Positions 25,159-37,769 are shown, numbered from the stretch's first letter. The stretch is DNA of 64,000 nt from Octopus bimaculoides (GCF_001194135.2 NC_068981.1:150723810-150787809), one strand, 5' to 3'. The notes: generated by a model from the sequence alone, not told the origin. Numbers and translations are program-made.

Positions 25159-25937
25159 TAGACTACCCGTGACCCATTGTGTCACAGGGAAATTCTGAGT
25201 TTCCCAACAATGGAGTTTTGTTTTGTGGGGCTTTTTTCTTTTCCAGGTCATTTAGCATGCTTTCAACAAATGTGACATCGAAATCACTCATAAACGGCTC
25301 CTTTCCCCAGAAAAGGAAAGATCTGGCTACTATTACTTGCATGCCCTGCTTCCACGTAACAGGGGGTTGGGGAAACAGGTCTTTTACAAAATATTAACCA
25401 TATTCTTTAAGTCATTTTCACTTTAAAGTATTTTTTACATATGCCAAAATACTTTTTGTAATGGTATTCACTTGAAAATAATTTTAAAAAACATTAAAAT
25501 ATTGTTTGTTTAAAGAAAGCTAAAATATAAATACTGTACAAACTTACATCTTTTAAATCACTTTCACTCAAAAATATTTCCAAATAATTAAAATATTGTG
25601 TTTAACAAATGTGAAAATAGAAACATTTACTATAAAAAACTTGTATTATTTTGTTGCCAAGTCACTGTCTAATTGAAAGGCGAGTTTCTTCCCTCTCAGG
25701 ATTAAGATTATTTTCGGAATATATTTCCATTATGCATTGTTTTGGGTATTTATACCTGAAAACCTCCTATATCTCTCAAACCACTTGTCCAATTTAAGCA
25801 AAACTTGTTTTATTCCATTTGTATTAACATTTTAGGGTAAACTTAATTTATAGTATTTTCCCATTATGCACCTGTTCGGCTGGGTAACATTGAAGGCAAG
25901 CAAGCAAGATTTAAACTGACTTTTAATGTATTATAGA
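25158..25937 (-). mobile_element. Complete non-autonomous Helitron
   Basis: Minus strand: A|TC tataatac 5' end, (CTTG)n, GC hairpin ccc(t)gtgac-acaatgg-gtcacggg, then tagt CTAG|T 3' end. Inserted in an AT site with no TSD. Confidence 0.85.
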
Positions 25938-25944
25938 TATATAG

Positions 25945-26117
25945 GCACAGGCATGGCTGTCTGTTTATGAAGCTTGCTTTGCAACCACATGGTTTCAAGC
26001 TCAGTCTCACTAAGTGGCACCTTGGGTAAGTGACTTCTGTTGTAGCCATGGGCCAACTAATGCCTTGTGAGTGAATCCAAGAATTTGGGAGACAGAAACT
26101 GTGTGGAAACCCATCTT

Positions 26118-26157
<40 letters not shown>

Positions 26158-26240
26158 ACGCGTGTGTGCGTGCGCGCGTGCACATGTGTGTGTGTGTGTT
26201 TGTCTTATCCTGTCCTATACCACTTGACAATACCTTGGTG
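25945..26240 (+). mobile_element. SINE family A, 5' two thirds
   Basis: Head and CORE-like motif, with expanded (TG)n. Confidence 0.8.
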
Positions 26241-26474
26241 GTTATATATATGTAATCACATATATATAATGATACATTATATGTGTGACACATATATACA
26301 ACAAGAGGTGAAGAGAGTGACCTTGACACCATTTGACAAAGACAAAACATGTCAAATGATTTCTCACTCTCAACTACCAAAGATCTTATAATTTATTCAC
26401 AAATTTTATTTTCAGAGCAAGATTAATTATATCTTTATATAACACACATGATTTTCAAATACACATTTCAATGT

Positions 26475-26850
26475 AGCTGCATGGAACAGGGCATGTTTCC
26501 AGGATAGAAATTCACTGCCTGCCCAAGACTATGTTATTTGACACTCTCATTGGCCATCATTGGAGAGAAGCATCAAAGAATAGTTATAAGGTTTTTCTGA
26601 AGAAATCCTTTGATGCCTGACACACTGAGAATTACCAGTGGTCTATCATAGCTTCCAACTGCAAGGGCTAAAGACACATCATTAACCAGTCTGTCTCCTC
26701 CTTTGAGAACTCAGGTAGAGTAAAAAGGGACTGAGGAAGAATTGTGAAACAGCAATGCCAAATCCAGACCAGAATTTCCTTTGCAGCCACAGTGGTCAGG
26801 CTTGTATGCCTCCTTTTGGTAAGCCTACAGTAAACAAAATCAGCCTCCTT
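26475..26850 (+). mobile_element. RTE-BovB-like LINE C-terminal fragment (second RTE lineage)
   Basis: GHVSRIEIHCLPKTMLF..KNSYKVFLKKSF..QWSIIA..RHIINQSVSSFEN..FLCSHSGQAC (terminal Zn-finger-like tail). Confidence 0.75.
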
Positions 26851-28404
26851 CATGAATATTCATTTATGAAGCCAACCTGTGGGGATATTTTCTTAAAGAG
26901 GCAAAACATATGTTTATGAAACATATTGAATAGGATTTTCTTTGTGGTGCATGCGTGCATGTGTGTTGTCAAATGCAGATGACAAATAATGACTTCTTAA
27001 TGATCATCCATGAATATTTTGAGATAAATACTATCATTGCTTGGGATGTCCTTGCTGATTGTTATCAAAAGAATGGAAATCTGGAATAGATACCTAACAA
27101 GGTTAAATTCTAAACCAAATTGGAATTAACTTTCAGCTTATTCATTGAAATTAGAAGTGTGACCACCATGAAGTTAGCCCACACTTTTTATTTTTTTGAG
27201 CTGCCGCGCTCCACGTACAGGTCGAGGCATGCGCCAGCTTCACACCCTTCGATTGAATATAAATGACTTTCAGTCAGGAGGAAAGGTAGTGCCCAATTAA
27301 CCCCTAACGGGCCTCTAAAATTGATAGGAAAGAAGAAGGTTGGTATTTTCAAGCCAAAAGCCTGACCCATATACTTGCAATAGAGAGGATTCCACTAAAG
27401 GTAAGCCTGGAAGGATTAGAACTCTGAATGCAGAAAGCTAGAATAGATACTGCAAGATATCTGTTGTGACATTCTTACAGTTCAGCCAATCCACTGCATA
27501 GAACAGAGAGACAGGACACACTCTGAAAAGTAATCTATCCACAATTCTAACAACTCAGCCAATTTGTTTTGTGATTGACATCATCTGCATTATTTATTTA
27601 TCTGTCAATGAGGCAGAAAGTACAGCACATGAGAAAAATGAGAACTCCACATGTAAGTAAGAACCCAAACTTTTTCCAAAACAAACCCTAACTATGGTAA
27701 TGTTACATACAAAGAATACATGCACTTTTCAACTTTTTCAGGATGGTCACGCCCTTACTTTTTTGTTTCACTGAATATTAAATATTTCATTATAAGAAAC
27801 ATTTCTTCTTTACCAGTTAAACATTATCCAGTCATAAGATAAAAGATGTTTGAGCTTAAATGTGTGTGTGTGTGTAAGCATTTGTGGACAGACAGAGAAA
27901 AAAAAAGAAAGAAATCAGAGAAAAAAAAAGAAAGAAATCAGAGACAAATATTTTGACTTAGAATAATTTTTCAATTTATCCATAAATTGCAATGTGTTAA
28001 AATGTTATAATACACAAGTTGAACAGCATTATAAGCAAAAATTTGACAAGGCTTTCCACTTTTGTAAATCTCTGGATAGCAGACATATACATTTTATTGG
28101 GTACATTCTCAATCCAAAGCAATAAACAAAAGTAAGGAGTTATATTCCAAGAATCAGAAATTTCAGAATAAATCAGGTAAAGGATGTACACTTTGTTAAC
28201 AGGCTCTCCAGTAATAATAATCAATAGAAATATTCTGCCAAATCATGAAACAAATCTCATAAACATTAATGGAATTTTACTATTAGAAATATATTTCCAA
28301 ACAAGTTGGCTTTGTTGTTAGTTATTCATCCCCTGTGGATTTCTTTCTCCACATGATGCAAATATGTTGAAATGATATACAAACACATCAGAGTGCATAT
28401 GTAC

Positions 28405-28585
28405 ATACATGGCATGTAAAAAGCACCCACTACACTCTTGGAGTGGTTGGTGTTAGGAAGGGCATCCAGCCGTAGAAATCTTACCAAATCAGAATAGAAC
28501 CTGGCAGCCCTCCAGCTTACCAGTTTTCAGTCAAACCATCCGACCCATGCCAGCATGGAAAGCGGAAATGAAACGACGATGATGA
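28405..28585 (+). mobile_element. RTE-tail repeat family B
   Basis: ggcatgtaaaaagcacccactacactcttggagtggttgg..gatgatga. Confidence 0.9.
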
Positions 28586-28752
28586 CCAACATATACACAA
28601 ATACACATACATGCATATATATGTGCATGTGTGTGCATATATATATATATATAGTACTTTTTCTTCTTTGTTTTTTCTTCTCCGCATCGCTCTCATTTCT
28701 TACTGCAAATCTCCTCATACAGATTTAATAATCCTTAACTTGTACTATTACC

Positions 28753-28801
28753 GTCTCCGATGAAGGGATACATTGAATTTTCCCTGAAACAGCTGTAAGA
28801 C
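28753..28801 (+). ncRNA. Type I minimal hammerhead ribozyme (CCGAUGA core) in a PLE pLTR remnant (about 28660-28860)
   Basis: GUCU CCGAUGA AGGGA-loop-UCCCU GAAA CAGCUG U A AGAC: stems I and II pair, stem III is a palindrome, and the cleavage triplet is GUA. Confidence 0.7.
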
Positions 28802-29009
28802 ATTCTACATAATATATAAATTTATTTATGCCATTGGTCTCTTTATCTCATTCTTTTTATATATATATATATATATATAAAATCTTTCAAAACATATAAA
28901 GAAATACATTCAAAAGCAAGAGTCTACAAAAGTGCTCAATAAACTAATGTTTAGAGCTTTATATTATGTTGACAAACTAAGTGAAATAAAACTTCTATGA
29001 CTGTGTTGA

Positions 29010-29180
29010 TAGGCATAGACATTACTGTCATTAACAAATTTATTTTGCAACCACATGGTTTCAAGTTCAGTTCCACTGAATGGCATTTAGGGCACGTGCC
29101 TTCTACAATAGTCCTGACACAACCAATACTTTGTGAATGAATTTGGTAAACAAAAACTGTGCTAAAGCCTTTCACAGAGT
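29010..29180 (-). mobile_element. SINE family A head, diverged
   Basis: Contains family A head motifs (gcaaccacatggtttcaagttcagttccactg); orientation is as read by eye. Confidence 0.5.
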
Positions 29181-29289
29181 GAGACAGAGAGAGTTCATAC
29201 TACATAGAGGGCTGCAGAGCAGCAGGGTTATTTACACACTGAGGATAAATGTTTGCTTATTTGATGCATGCATGTAAATTTTACAGCTT

Positions 29290-29560
29290 ACACAGTCTAT
29301 AAGGTAGTGCAAGGAAAAGTCATAACCAATGACTTATGTAACAGTATTATCATCTGCTGTTACAAGGGCAAAGAAGATTTTCTAAAAAGAAGCAATTACA
29401 GTAACGTAACACAAATGGAACAAGTCATTGAAAGGAGCAAAAAGAATTATAAACCTGATTAGGAAGAGAATTAATTAAGGTGGATCAGTGCCAGGACAGG
29501 GGACCTTAAATATCCTCTTTCTTGTGAGACAATTACAGAAGTTCAGAGCAAGCCATTATA
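29290..29560 (+). mobile_element. RTE LINE RT fragment
   Basis: ITNDLCNSIIICCYKGKED..NY..EQVIER..LFLVRQLQK. Confidence 0.75.
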
Positions 29561-30449
29561 TCTTGCCAAATCTTGAGCCCTCAACTCCTAATAGTCAAAG
29601 GAGTACTAGCATCACATATAGCATGTCTTGGGACAGTTTTTAGACTGAATAGAGACTGTTCCTCACTAGGTCTGATCACAGGTAATTTCTTCCAGAAAAA
29701 GAAACAGACAGAAAGAATCAAACTCAGTGCAGTCCTAGTACTTTATCAAATAGATCCTTCCCCACAAAAAAAAAAAAACATGAACAGCTAAGATGACCGT
29801 AACAGTATTTGAACTCAGAGTACAGATAGCAGGAACAAATCTCACAAGGCAATTTATTCGATGACCTAATGACTCAGCCAATTTACTATCTATCTTGAAT
29901 TCATAAACCAAATGCAAAACATCCTCCCAACATTTATTCCCTGTCTGAACCATCCTTCTCTGCAACAACACTTCCACAACAACCACAAATTCCCATTGAA
30001 ACTATAAATCAAAAAAGTAAATTTAAGAGAAACTGCCAGAGCAAAAATAACAACAATAATAACATCAAAGATAATAATAACAATAATAATAACATAATAT
30101 ACAATGAAATTAAAACACTGGTAAATAGGCAAGCACTAATTCATATTCTTTTGTTGATTTATGTGTAAGTGAATATTTTATTAACAAAATAAAATAAAGT
30201 TCATTATTTGAATGATTTCAAACTGAACAGATCGATCAAACAGTATTTAGACATTTGGTACAAGAGTGTGAGGAAGATAATATTTTATATAGTTAAAGCA
30301 AACTCTGATGCTAATTCCCTTGGTGATGATCAGTCTTCTGTGAGGAAACAAAGAGTTCTATCAAAGAGTAAAAATTTAGCAGCATGTGTGAACAAGAAAC
30401 ATCATAACCTGGAAGGAAGGCGGGTAAATTGATGGATGGCAGGATTGGT

Positions 30450-31160
30450 AGAATGGCAGACAAAATCCCTAATAATAGTCAGTTATGTCCTTTTCCTTTC
30501 CGAGTTCAATTCCTGCAGGAGTTGACTTGACATCTGGAATTTATACATTATGTACCAGTCAAGCACTGGATTTACTGTGATTAATCTACCCCATCTCCCA
30601 AATTTCTGGCCTTGTGTCAATACAAAAAGTTATCATCACCATCATCCTTATTATTATTATTATCATCCTTATTATTACTATTACTATCATTATTATTTAC
30701 CATATTGTTATCATTATTATCAACATCATTACTATCATCATCATCTTAATTATTATTATTATGATCATCATAATTATCATTATCATCATCATTATTATTA
30801 TCATCATCATTATCATCATCATAATTGTAATATTTGGTTATGGCTTTCCATGGTCTGCATTCAAATCCTGCTGAGACCAACTTCACCTTTGATCCTTTTA
30901 GGGTTAATAAATTAAGTTCCAGTTGGACACTAGGGTCAATGTAATTGACTTATCTCCTTTCTCTGAAATTACTGGCCTTTCACCAAAATTTGAAAAAAAA
31001 AAAAGGCAGCAAACTGGCAGGACTCCCACCAAGTCAACTATGGCTTTCATCCCACTGGGGTCAATAAAATAGAGTACCAGTCAAATGCATGATCAATGTA
31101 ATCAACTAACCACTTCTTAAAAACTGCTGGCTTTTCTCAACATTAGAAACAGTTATTATT
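30450..31160 (+). mobile_element. Three consecutive family M SINE fragments separated by a (TAT/CAT)n tract (30635-30830)
   Basis: Repeated core: gagttcaaat..gtcaac..ctttcatcc..aagtaccag..gtcaatgtaat..ctggcctt. Confidence 0.7.
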
Positions 31161-31517
31161 ATTACCTCCACCTTAGCAAAGATGGAGATATTGTTTTCAG
31201 TCATGTTTGTTTGTTTGTTTGTTTGTCTGTGGACAAGATATCTCAAAAACCATTGGATGGATTCAGATGAAACTTTCAGGGATGTTTGGCCTCGTGATTG
31301 GCACAAACTGATTAGATTTTGGGACAAGGATTCTGAATTATTTTTCCGTTGTTTTTTATTAATTTTTGAGAGCAGTTGGGTTCATTTTTAGTATTCCTGT
31401 TTGTGAGATCAGTTGAGTTTTATTTCAGATATTCCCATTTTAAAAATCATTTCCGGCTAATTGTTGAGAGGACGTTGGTGTTGCCTTGGCAGAAGTTTGC
31501 GCTCTCTCTGTGCTCTT
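31160..31517 (+). mobile_element. Helentron-associated (HINE/DINE-1-like) non-autonomous element
   Basis: 5' acctccacctt..aagatggag, (TTTG)n, 3' ccttggcagaag then a short stem-loop and ttatt. Confidence 0.7.
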
Positions 31518-31529
31518 ATTATTAAAATT

Positions 31530-31800
31530 TGGTGGAGGGAGATAGTCTATTACATCGACCCCACTGTTTTACTGGTACTTAATTTATCGACCCAGAAAGG
31601 ATGAAAGGCAAAGTCGATCTCAGCAGAAATTGAAATTTACGTTCTGAGTTAAAATTCTATGTAAGGTCAACTTTTTGACTGCCTTTCATCCTTTCGGGGT
31701 CGATAAATTAAGTACCAGTGAAACACTGGGATTGATGTAACCGACTAGTCCCTTCCTACCAAAATTTCAGGCCCTATGCCTTTAGTAGAAAGGACTATTA
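31530..31800. mobile_element. Head-to-head inverted pair of family M SINE fragments
   Basis: 31550-31610 is nearly the reverse complement of 31680-31740. Confidence 0.85.
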
Positions 31801-32488
31801 TTAGTTAAAGGTAATGGTAGCCTACATATAATTTATTTACAACCCTTTATGTATTGAGTTCAAATCCTTTTAGAGTCCACTTTCACTTTCATTCTTCCAA
31901 AGGGTAGGGGATATCAATAAGTACCACTCTAGGACTAGAGTCAGTTTCGTTAACTATATTGTTATTCCTAAAATGTGAAAAAAAAGGGTGCAGTGATGAA
32001 CATGTCTTGGGCATATTAAGCCTTACAGAGCCCAGCCTGTCCTTATGTTTACAAGGGGGAGACAAGCACCTCCACCCAGCTAAGCCCGCATCTAGAGACA
32101 TGTTTCTGAGTCTTTGCTCGTCTTCAGTCTGGAGTAGCAATGGCTTGCTAGCTGGAGATGCCTGTCAAGCTTTTGTAAACATATAATAATTCTAGTGAAA
32201 TACATTCACTGATTTCAAAAATAGAAGTACTACATTTCTAAATCTCTCATACATACGTGCGCGCGCGCGTGCGTGCGTGCGTGCGTGCGTGCACCACTGC
32301 TCAGCAACCAGTGTTGATGTGTTTATGTCTCTGTAACTTAGCTGTTCAGTAAAAGAGACTGACAGAATAAGTACCAGTCTTTAAAAAAAAAGCAACTGAG
32401 CACTGGGATTGATTAGTTTGACTAAAACTCAAGACAGTGCCCCAGCATGGCCACAGTCTAATGAATGAAACAAGTGAAAAATAAAAGA

Positions 32489-32883
32489 GGCTGTGTGGTA
32501 AGTAGCTTGCTTACCAATCACATGGTTCCAGGTTCAGTCCCACTGCGTAGCATCTTGGGCAAGTGCCTTCTACTATAGCCTCGGGCCGACCAAAGCCTTG
32601 TGAGTGGATTTGGTAGACGGAAACTGAAAGAAACCCGTCGTATATATGTATATATATATACATATATGTGTGTGTGTGTATTTGTGTGTCTGTGTTTGTT
32701 CCCCTAGCATTGCTTGACAACCGATGCTGGTATGTTTATGTCCCCGTCACTTAGCGGTTCGGCAAAAGAGACCGATAGAATAAGTACTAGATTTACAAAG
32801 AATAAGTCCCGGGGTTGATTTGCTCGATTAAAGGCGGTGCTCCAGCATGGCCACAGTCAAATGACTGAAACAAGTAAAAGAGT
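32489..32883 (+). mobile_element. SINE family A, young full-length reference copy
   Basis: A-box-like GGCTGTGTGG, B-box GGTTCAGTCCC, cttgggcaagt core, internal (TA)(TG) tract, CpGs retained, gtaaaagagt tail. Confidence 0.95.
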
Positions 32884-33889
32884 ATACATAGAGAAGAAAA
32901 TGGAAATGAAAGAAGAGAATTATATATGTTTAGAAACAGTGAATGTCTGTTTAACAAGGAAAGAAATAAAAGAAAAACACTTGTAATATTGGCAATCATT
33001 AATAAACAATAGTAGAGGATTAAGAACAAACACGAGGAGTTAGAGCATACATAGATAAGCTTAAGCCAAATATACTCGGGTGTTCTGCATAGATTTGAAT
33101 GGGATTAACTTCTTTTAACTCTAATACTTTAGAATCTGTCCTGAAGTTGGTGTGGTGGATATCATCCTCAGTGTTTTCCAAAGAAATGGCAGTGATTGTA
33201 ATATGGTGGTGGTGGTAGTATGGTGGTGGTGGTGGTGGCAGCAGCAGTGGCATTCATCATGATGATGAGAAGGAAGAGGAGAAGGAGGAGGACGGCGAGG
33301 ATGACAGTGATGTTAAGGAAGTTGATGATTAAGATAAAGTTGAGGAAGAGCAGGATAGTAGTGTAGGTGGTGGTGGGGGTGGCAGTGATGCTGGTGATAA
33401 TGTTTAAGATAAAGAAGGTGATGATGATGATGATGTTTACAATAGTTCCCCCCCCCCACCCCAGCAAGTAGAAGCAATATAGCACAGCAGCAGAAATTAT
33501 AAGACAGATAACAACGGATAATGTACAGAGGAATAAATTAGTACGTGTGTGTGTNNNNNNNNNNNNNNNNNNNNNNNNNNNNNNNNNNNNNNNNNNNNNN
33601 NNNNNNNNNNNNNNNNNNNNNNNNNNNNNNNNNNNNNNNNNNNNNNNNNNNNNNNNNNNNNNNNNNNNNNNNNNNNNNNNNNNNNNNNNNNNNNNNNNNN
33701 NNNNNNNNNNNNNNNNNNNNNNNNNNNNNNNNNNNNNNNNNNNNNNNNNNNNNNNNNNNNNNNNNNNNNNNNNNNNNNNNNNNNNNNNNNNNNNNNNNNN
33801 NNNNNNNNNNNNNNNNNNNNNNNNNNNNNNNNNNNNNNNNNNNNNNNNNNNNNNNNNNNNNNNNNNNNNNNNNNNNNNNNNNNNNNNNN

Positions 33890-33940
<51 letters not shown>

Positions 33941-34529
33941 ATGTATGTATGTATGTACGTATATAAGATTAAACAGAGAGATAGACAAATAGAAGAAATG
34001 CAGCAGATTTAACAGACAGCCTGAATGATAACAAGTTGGACAGATCAACAGAATTTATGAACAATCAAATGCACATGTAGCCCTCCCACATGTTCATTCC
34101 TCTTCACCGTTTTTTTCTTTTTTTTTTTTTTGTCAGTTTAATAGTAATTCCATTGCTTCCAAAAGAACATGGATGGTTAAGCTGACTAAGACAGACTCTA
34201 AACCATACAAGAGAAACTCTAAATTAAACTTATCAGTTCAAGAACTTCTAGTATCTGCATCAGCTCAGTTGCTACTTTACTTGATTGGCTGATGAAAGAA
34301 TGATTTGATAAAGATGAAAATAATTGTATGAAGGGAGAAGGAGAAGTAGCAGGAAGAGTAGAGCACCGGATTAAATACATTTTAAATATTTAATTGAGAA
34401 CCCCTATGATCAAAGTCATTCTACTTGTGACTATCCTATTTCTTTAAGGTGATGTATAACAATATTATCTAATGTAGTCCCAAAATCTACAACCTCTTGT
34501 TCCTGTTTAAAAATATATATCTCCACTAT

Positions 34530-34830
34530 CATCATCACCGTTTAACGTCCGCTTTCCATGCTAGCATGGGCTGGATGATTTGACTGAGGACTGGTGAACC
34601 AGATAGCTATACCAGGCTCCAATCTGATCTGGCAGAGTTTCTACAGCTGGATGCCCTTCCTAATGCCAACCATTCCGAGAGTGTAGTGGGTGCTTTTACG
34701 TGCCACCGGCACGAAGGCCAGTCAGGAGGTACTGGCAACGGCCACACTCGAAATGGTGTATTTTACATGCCACCTGCACAGGAGCCAGTCCAGTGGCACT
34801 GGCAACGATCTCGCTCGAATGACTTTTCAA
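34530..34830 (-). mobile_element. RTE-tail repeat family B, young
   Basis: Reverse complement of 12800-13136. Confidence 0.9.
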
Positions 34831-34841
34831 GTGCCATATTG

Positions 34842-35035
34842 TTAACCCTTCAGCATTCAGGTTACTCTGTCAAATGTAAAGCTTATTTATCTTGGAGCTT
34901 CAAGATTTCAATGATGCAATTGTATATCTTTAGAATGACATTATAGGTTAGGTGTGAAAAGCTGGATCTGGCTGGTGTGAACATAAAACAGAATATTTTG
35001 GCTGGATATGGCCAGTGTAAATGCTAAAGGGTTAA
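34842..35035 (-). mobile_element. piggyBac-type MITE
   Basis: TTAA cccttcagcatt ... aatgctaaaggg TTAA. Confidence 0.85.
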
Positions 35036-36476
35036 TACTTGTTATTCATCATGGCTTAAAATAATACGATTTTCAATTCATCAAATCTCCTAGCTGACAA
35101 AGCACACACACATACGCACACTCACACAAGTGCCTGTTCTTGTCCTTGTGTTCACCAACATCATCACTATTTTACATGTATTGTTCAACAGTGGCATGTG
35201 TAAGGTGGGTTTCACATAGTCATACTATTTGCCATGGTCCTTAATCATCTACCGCAAACACGCAAATTCCAGATATAATCCACTGCCTAGTTTAACATCA
35301 CCATTTAGTCCTTGGTAGCCTTTAGCAGAGATCACCCTGTTGCAAACATTTAGGTCAGGTTTCCGGTTTAAAGATACTTTCCTCTCTTCCACCAGTTTGA
35401 GGGGCCTTGACAGGGTTATAGGCATTGCATGCACTTCCTCCTGATTAAGAGATAAAGAAGAGTTAACTTGCCAAATTTGTTCTTGTTTTTTATTTTGTAT
35501 TTTGTTTTGTTTTTCATATTTTTTTTTTTTAAATTGAGTGCTTTTCCTATCACCAACCATTTATAGTAGGGACTGGGTGCATTTTATCATACTACCAGCA
35601 CTAGAGAGTTCTGCCTTGTATCAGTTCTTATTTGGAGTTGCTCCTTTCTTAAGGTTACCATGAAACAAGTGGTGTTAATATAGTCTTCATTTGTTCCTGT
35701 AAAATCAATATATAATACTATTCCTCTACATTCACTAGGGTTGATTCTTTACTTTCTCATCTCTTCATTTTCTAAGTGTCAACAAAACAGGTACCAGTCA
35801 TGTACTGGGATTAATTCAGTCATTCACAGATCAGTGCCAATTTAAGAGATCAATATGCATATGACAAATGTAACAAGACTTAGTGATGCCAAAGAAAAGA
35901 ACTACACTAACAGATGTTAGATGGTGAGGTGCTATTTGATGGAGATTTGGTTGCTATATCTAACAGACTGATGGCCCATATAGAGAGCCCATTGTCAGTT
36001 TATATAGGAAAATGTAAACGAATCTATGAGAAAAGGAATTGAAAGAATTCATTGGTATCATATAAGTGATATGATTAATGGAAAAAACATACACAGACAA
36101 TAATGAAGGTTAAACAAGGTGGACTTAGACAAAACCAGAAGTAGCTTGAATAAAATTTAGCTCAATAAGTGACTGAATTAAAGAGGATACTTGACCTAAG
36201 AATGAAATACTTTTCAACATAATAAATAAAAAGTAGGAAGGACATACTAAATACTGTAGTTTGATTCAGATTATGCCTAAAAAGACAAACTGGTCACAGT
36301 TAGAATGTCTCTGGATCAGGATTAACATGGTGCTAAACAACATCTCAAAAAAGTAAAAGTAAAAACAAAAGGGCAAAGTGATCATGGTTGACCTGGTCCT
36401 TAACAACAGTAACAACCATCTCAAAAAAAGGAGAAAAAGTGACACAAATATAGCCTTACAAATGAGAATAAGCAAT

Positions 36477-36477
<1 letters not shown>

Positions 36478-36561
<84 letters not shown>

Positions 36562-36640
36562 TAGAGAGAGAGAGATAGAGAGAGAGAGATATAGAGAGAG
36601 AGATAGAGAGAGAGAGATAGAGAGAGAGAGATAGAGAGAA
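36478..36640. repeat. (AG)n plus (AGAGAGAGAGAT)n microsatellite
   Basis: Direct reading of the sequence. Confidence 0.95.
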
Positions 36641-37769
36641 ATGGGGGGAAGAGAGAAAGAAGCAGAAAGGAGAGATGGAAAGAGCATAGAAAATGAATAT
36701 ATAAGAATTAGTTAGCAAATGGAACATAGGAAGATAAATGTTGAAAGATCTAAGATGAAAAAAATAAATTGATAGCAGCATTAGTCGATTTTTATAGAAA
36801 TTCAGTGCCCTAGGTAACTTAGCATGTTTTGAATCTTAAAATATTCAATATTTCTTAGACAAAACTCTTCAGTAAATCATCTATGAGAAAAAGAAATCCT
36901 GATTCCATAATATATCAATCAAACCAATTCCTCTGGTATTAGCTATAGTTAGAATCCTAGCCTCCAGCATCAGTCTTTCAACACCTGTTCTTTCTCCTCT
37001 ATCGTCCTCCCAGTAAGGTTTGCTGCCTCTTACAATGGCTTTGAATGTCTCTAGTTCTAGACATATTGACGTATATGCAAATGGAATTTCATGGGGTATA
37101 TCTGATGTCAGTTATTGTTGTTGTTTAGTCACAAGTCAGTCCTAAGCAAATAGACTTATGTTCAAAGGTATTCCAACCATAACCATCTTCACTGACTTAC
37201 GTTGGCCAATGTGTCTTTCCCATTTTTGAGATAGCAGAGAACTATTTGTGAAAATTTGGCTGCTATTTCTAGCAGATCAAAGAACTATGTAGAAACTCTC
37301 TCCTAATTTCTCTACTATTTGTTGATGTTAGTAATGCAAATAGTTAGAGTATGATCAACATTTCTTTTTAGCAACTATTGTTTCTAGCAGCAAGACACCC
37401 ATATATAGCATAAGCTATACAGAAAATAAAATACATATAAAGATAATTAGAATGATTAACCACCAATGAGTAATTAAATCAACTATGAAAAGGCAATGAT
37501 ATTTGAACAACAGAACAGTTACTACCATTATAATCAATGATTTTAATGGTAGCAATGCTCTTATCCACCAGGCCACTTATATAAGTATGAGTGTCAATGC
37601 CTGAATGCAAGAGTTCTCAAATTCATAGATGCCCTACCAGTCCTCAAAAAATAATATCAGTAAAGTGTTTCTGTTTTTTTTCTTTTTCTTTGGCTCTCAC
37701 ATCCTATTTACTTATGTCACACCCTTTAATAATCCTCACAGGGTACTATGGAAAAATGTTCCCTATTAC

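Noticed and set aside
30550-30915. His/Tyr-rich 121-aa ORF resembling a biomineral or metal-binding protein
   Set aside because: It is the (TAT/CAT)n microsatellite between two SINE fragments; both ends of the ORF are SINE sequence.
32115-32130. 14-nt identity (gctcgtcttcagtc) with the 43.9-kb hairpin arm, suggesting a miRNA paralogue
   Set aside because: 14-nt matches are expected by chance in a 64-kb self-comparison, and the surrounding fold is poor on the minus strand.
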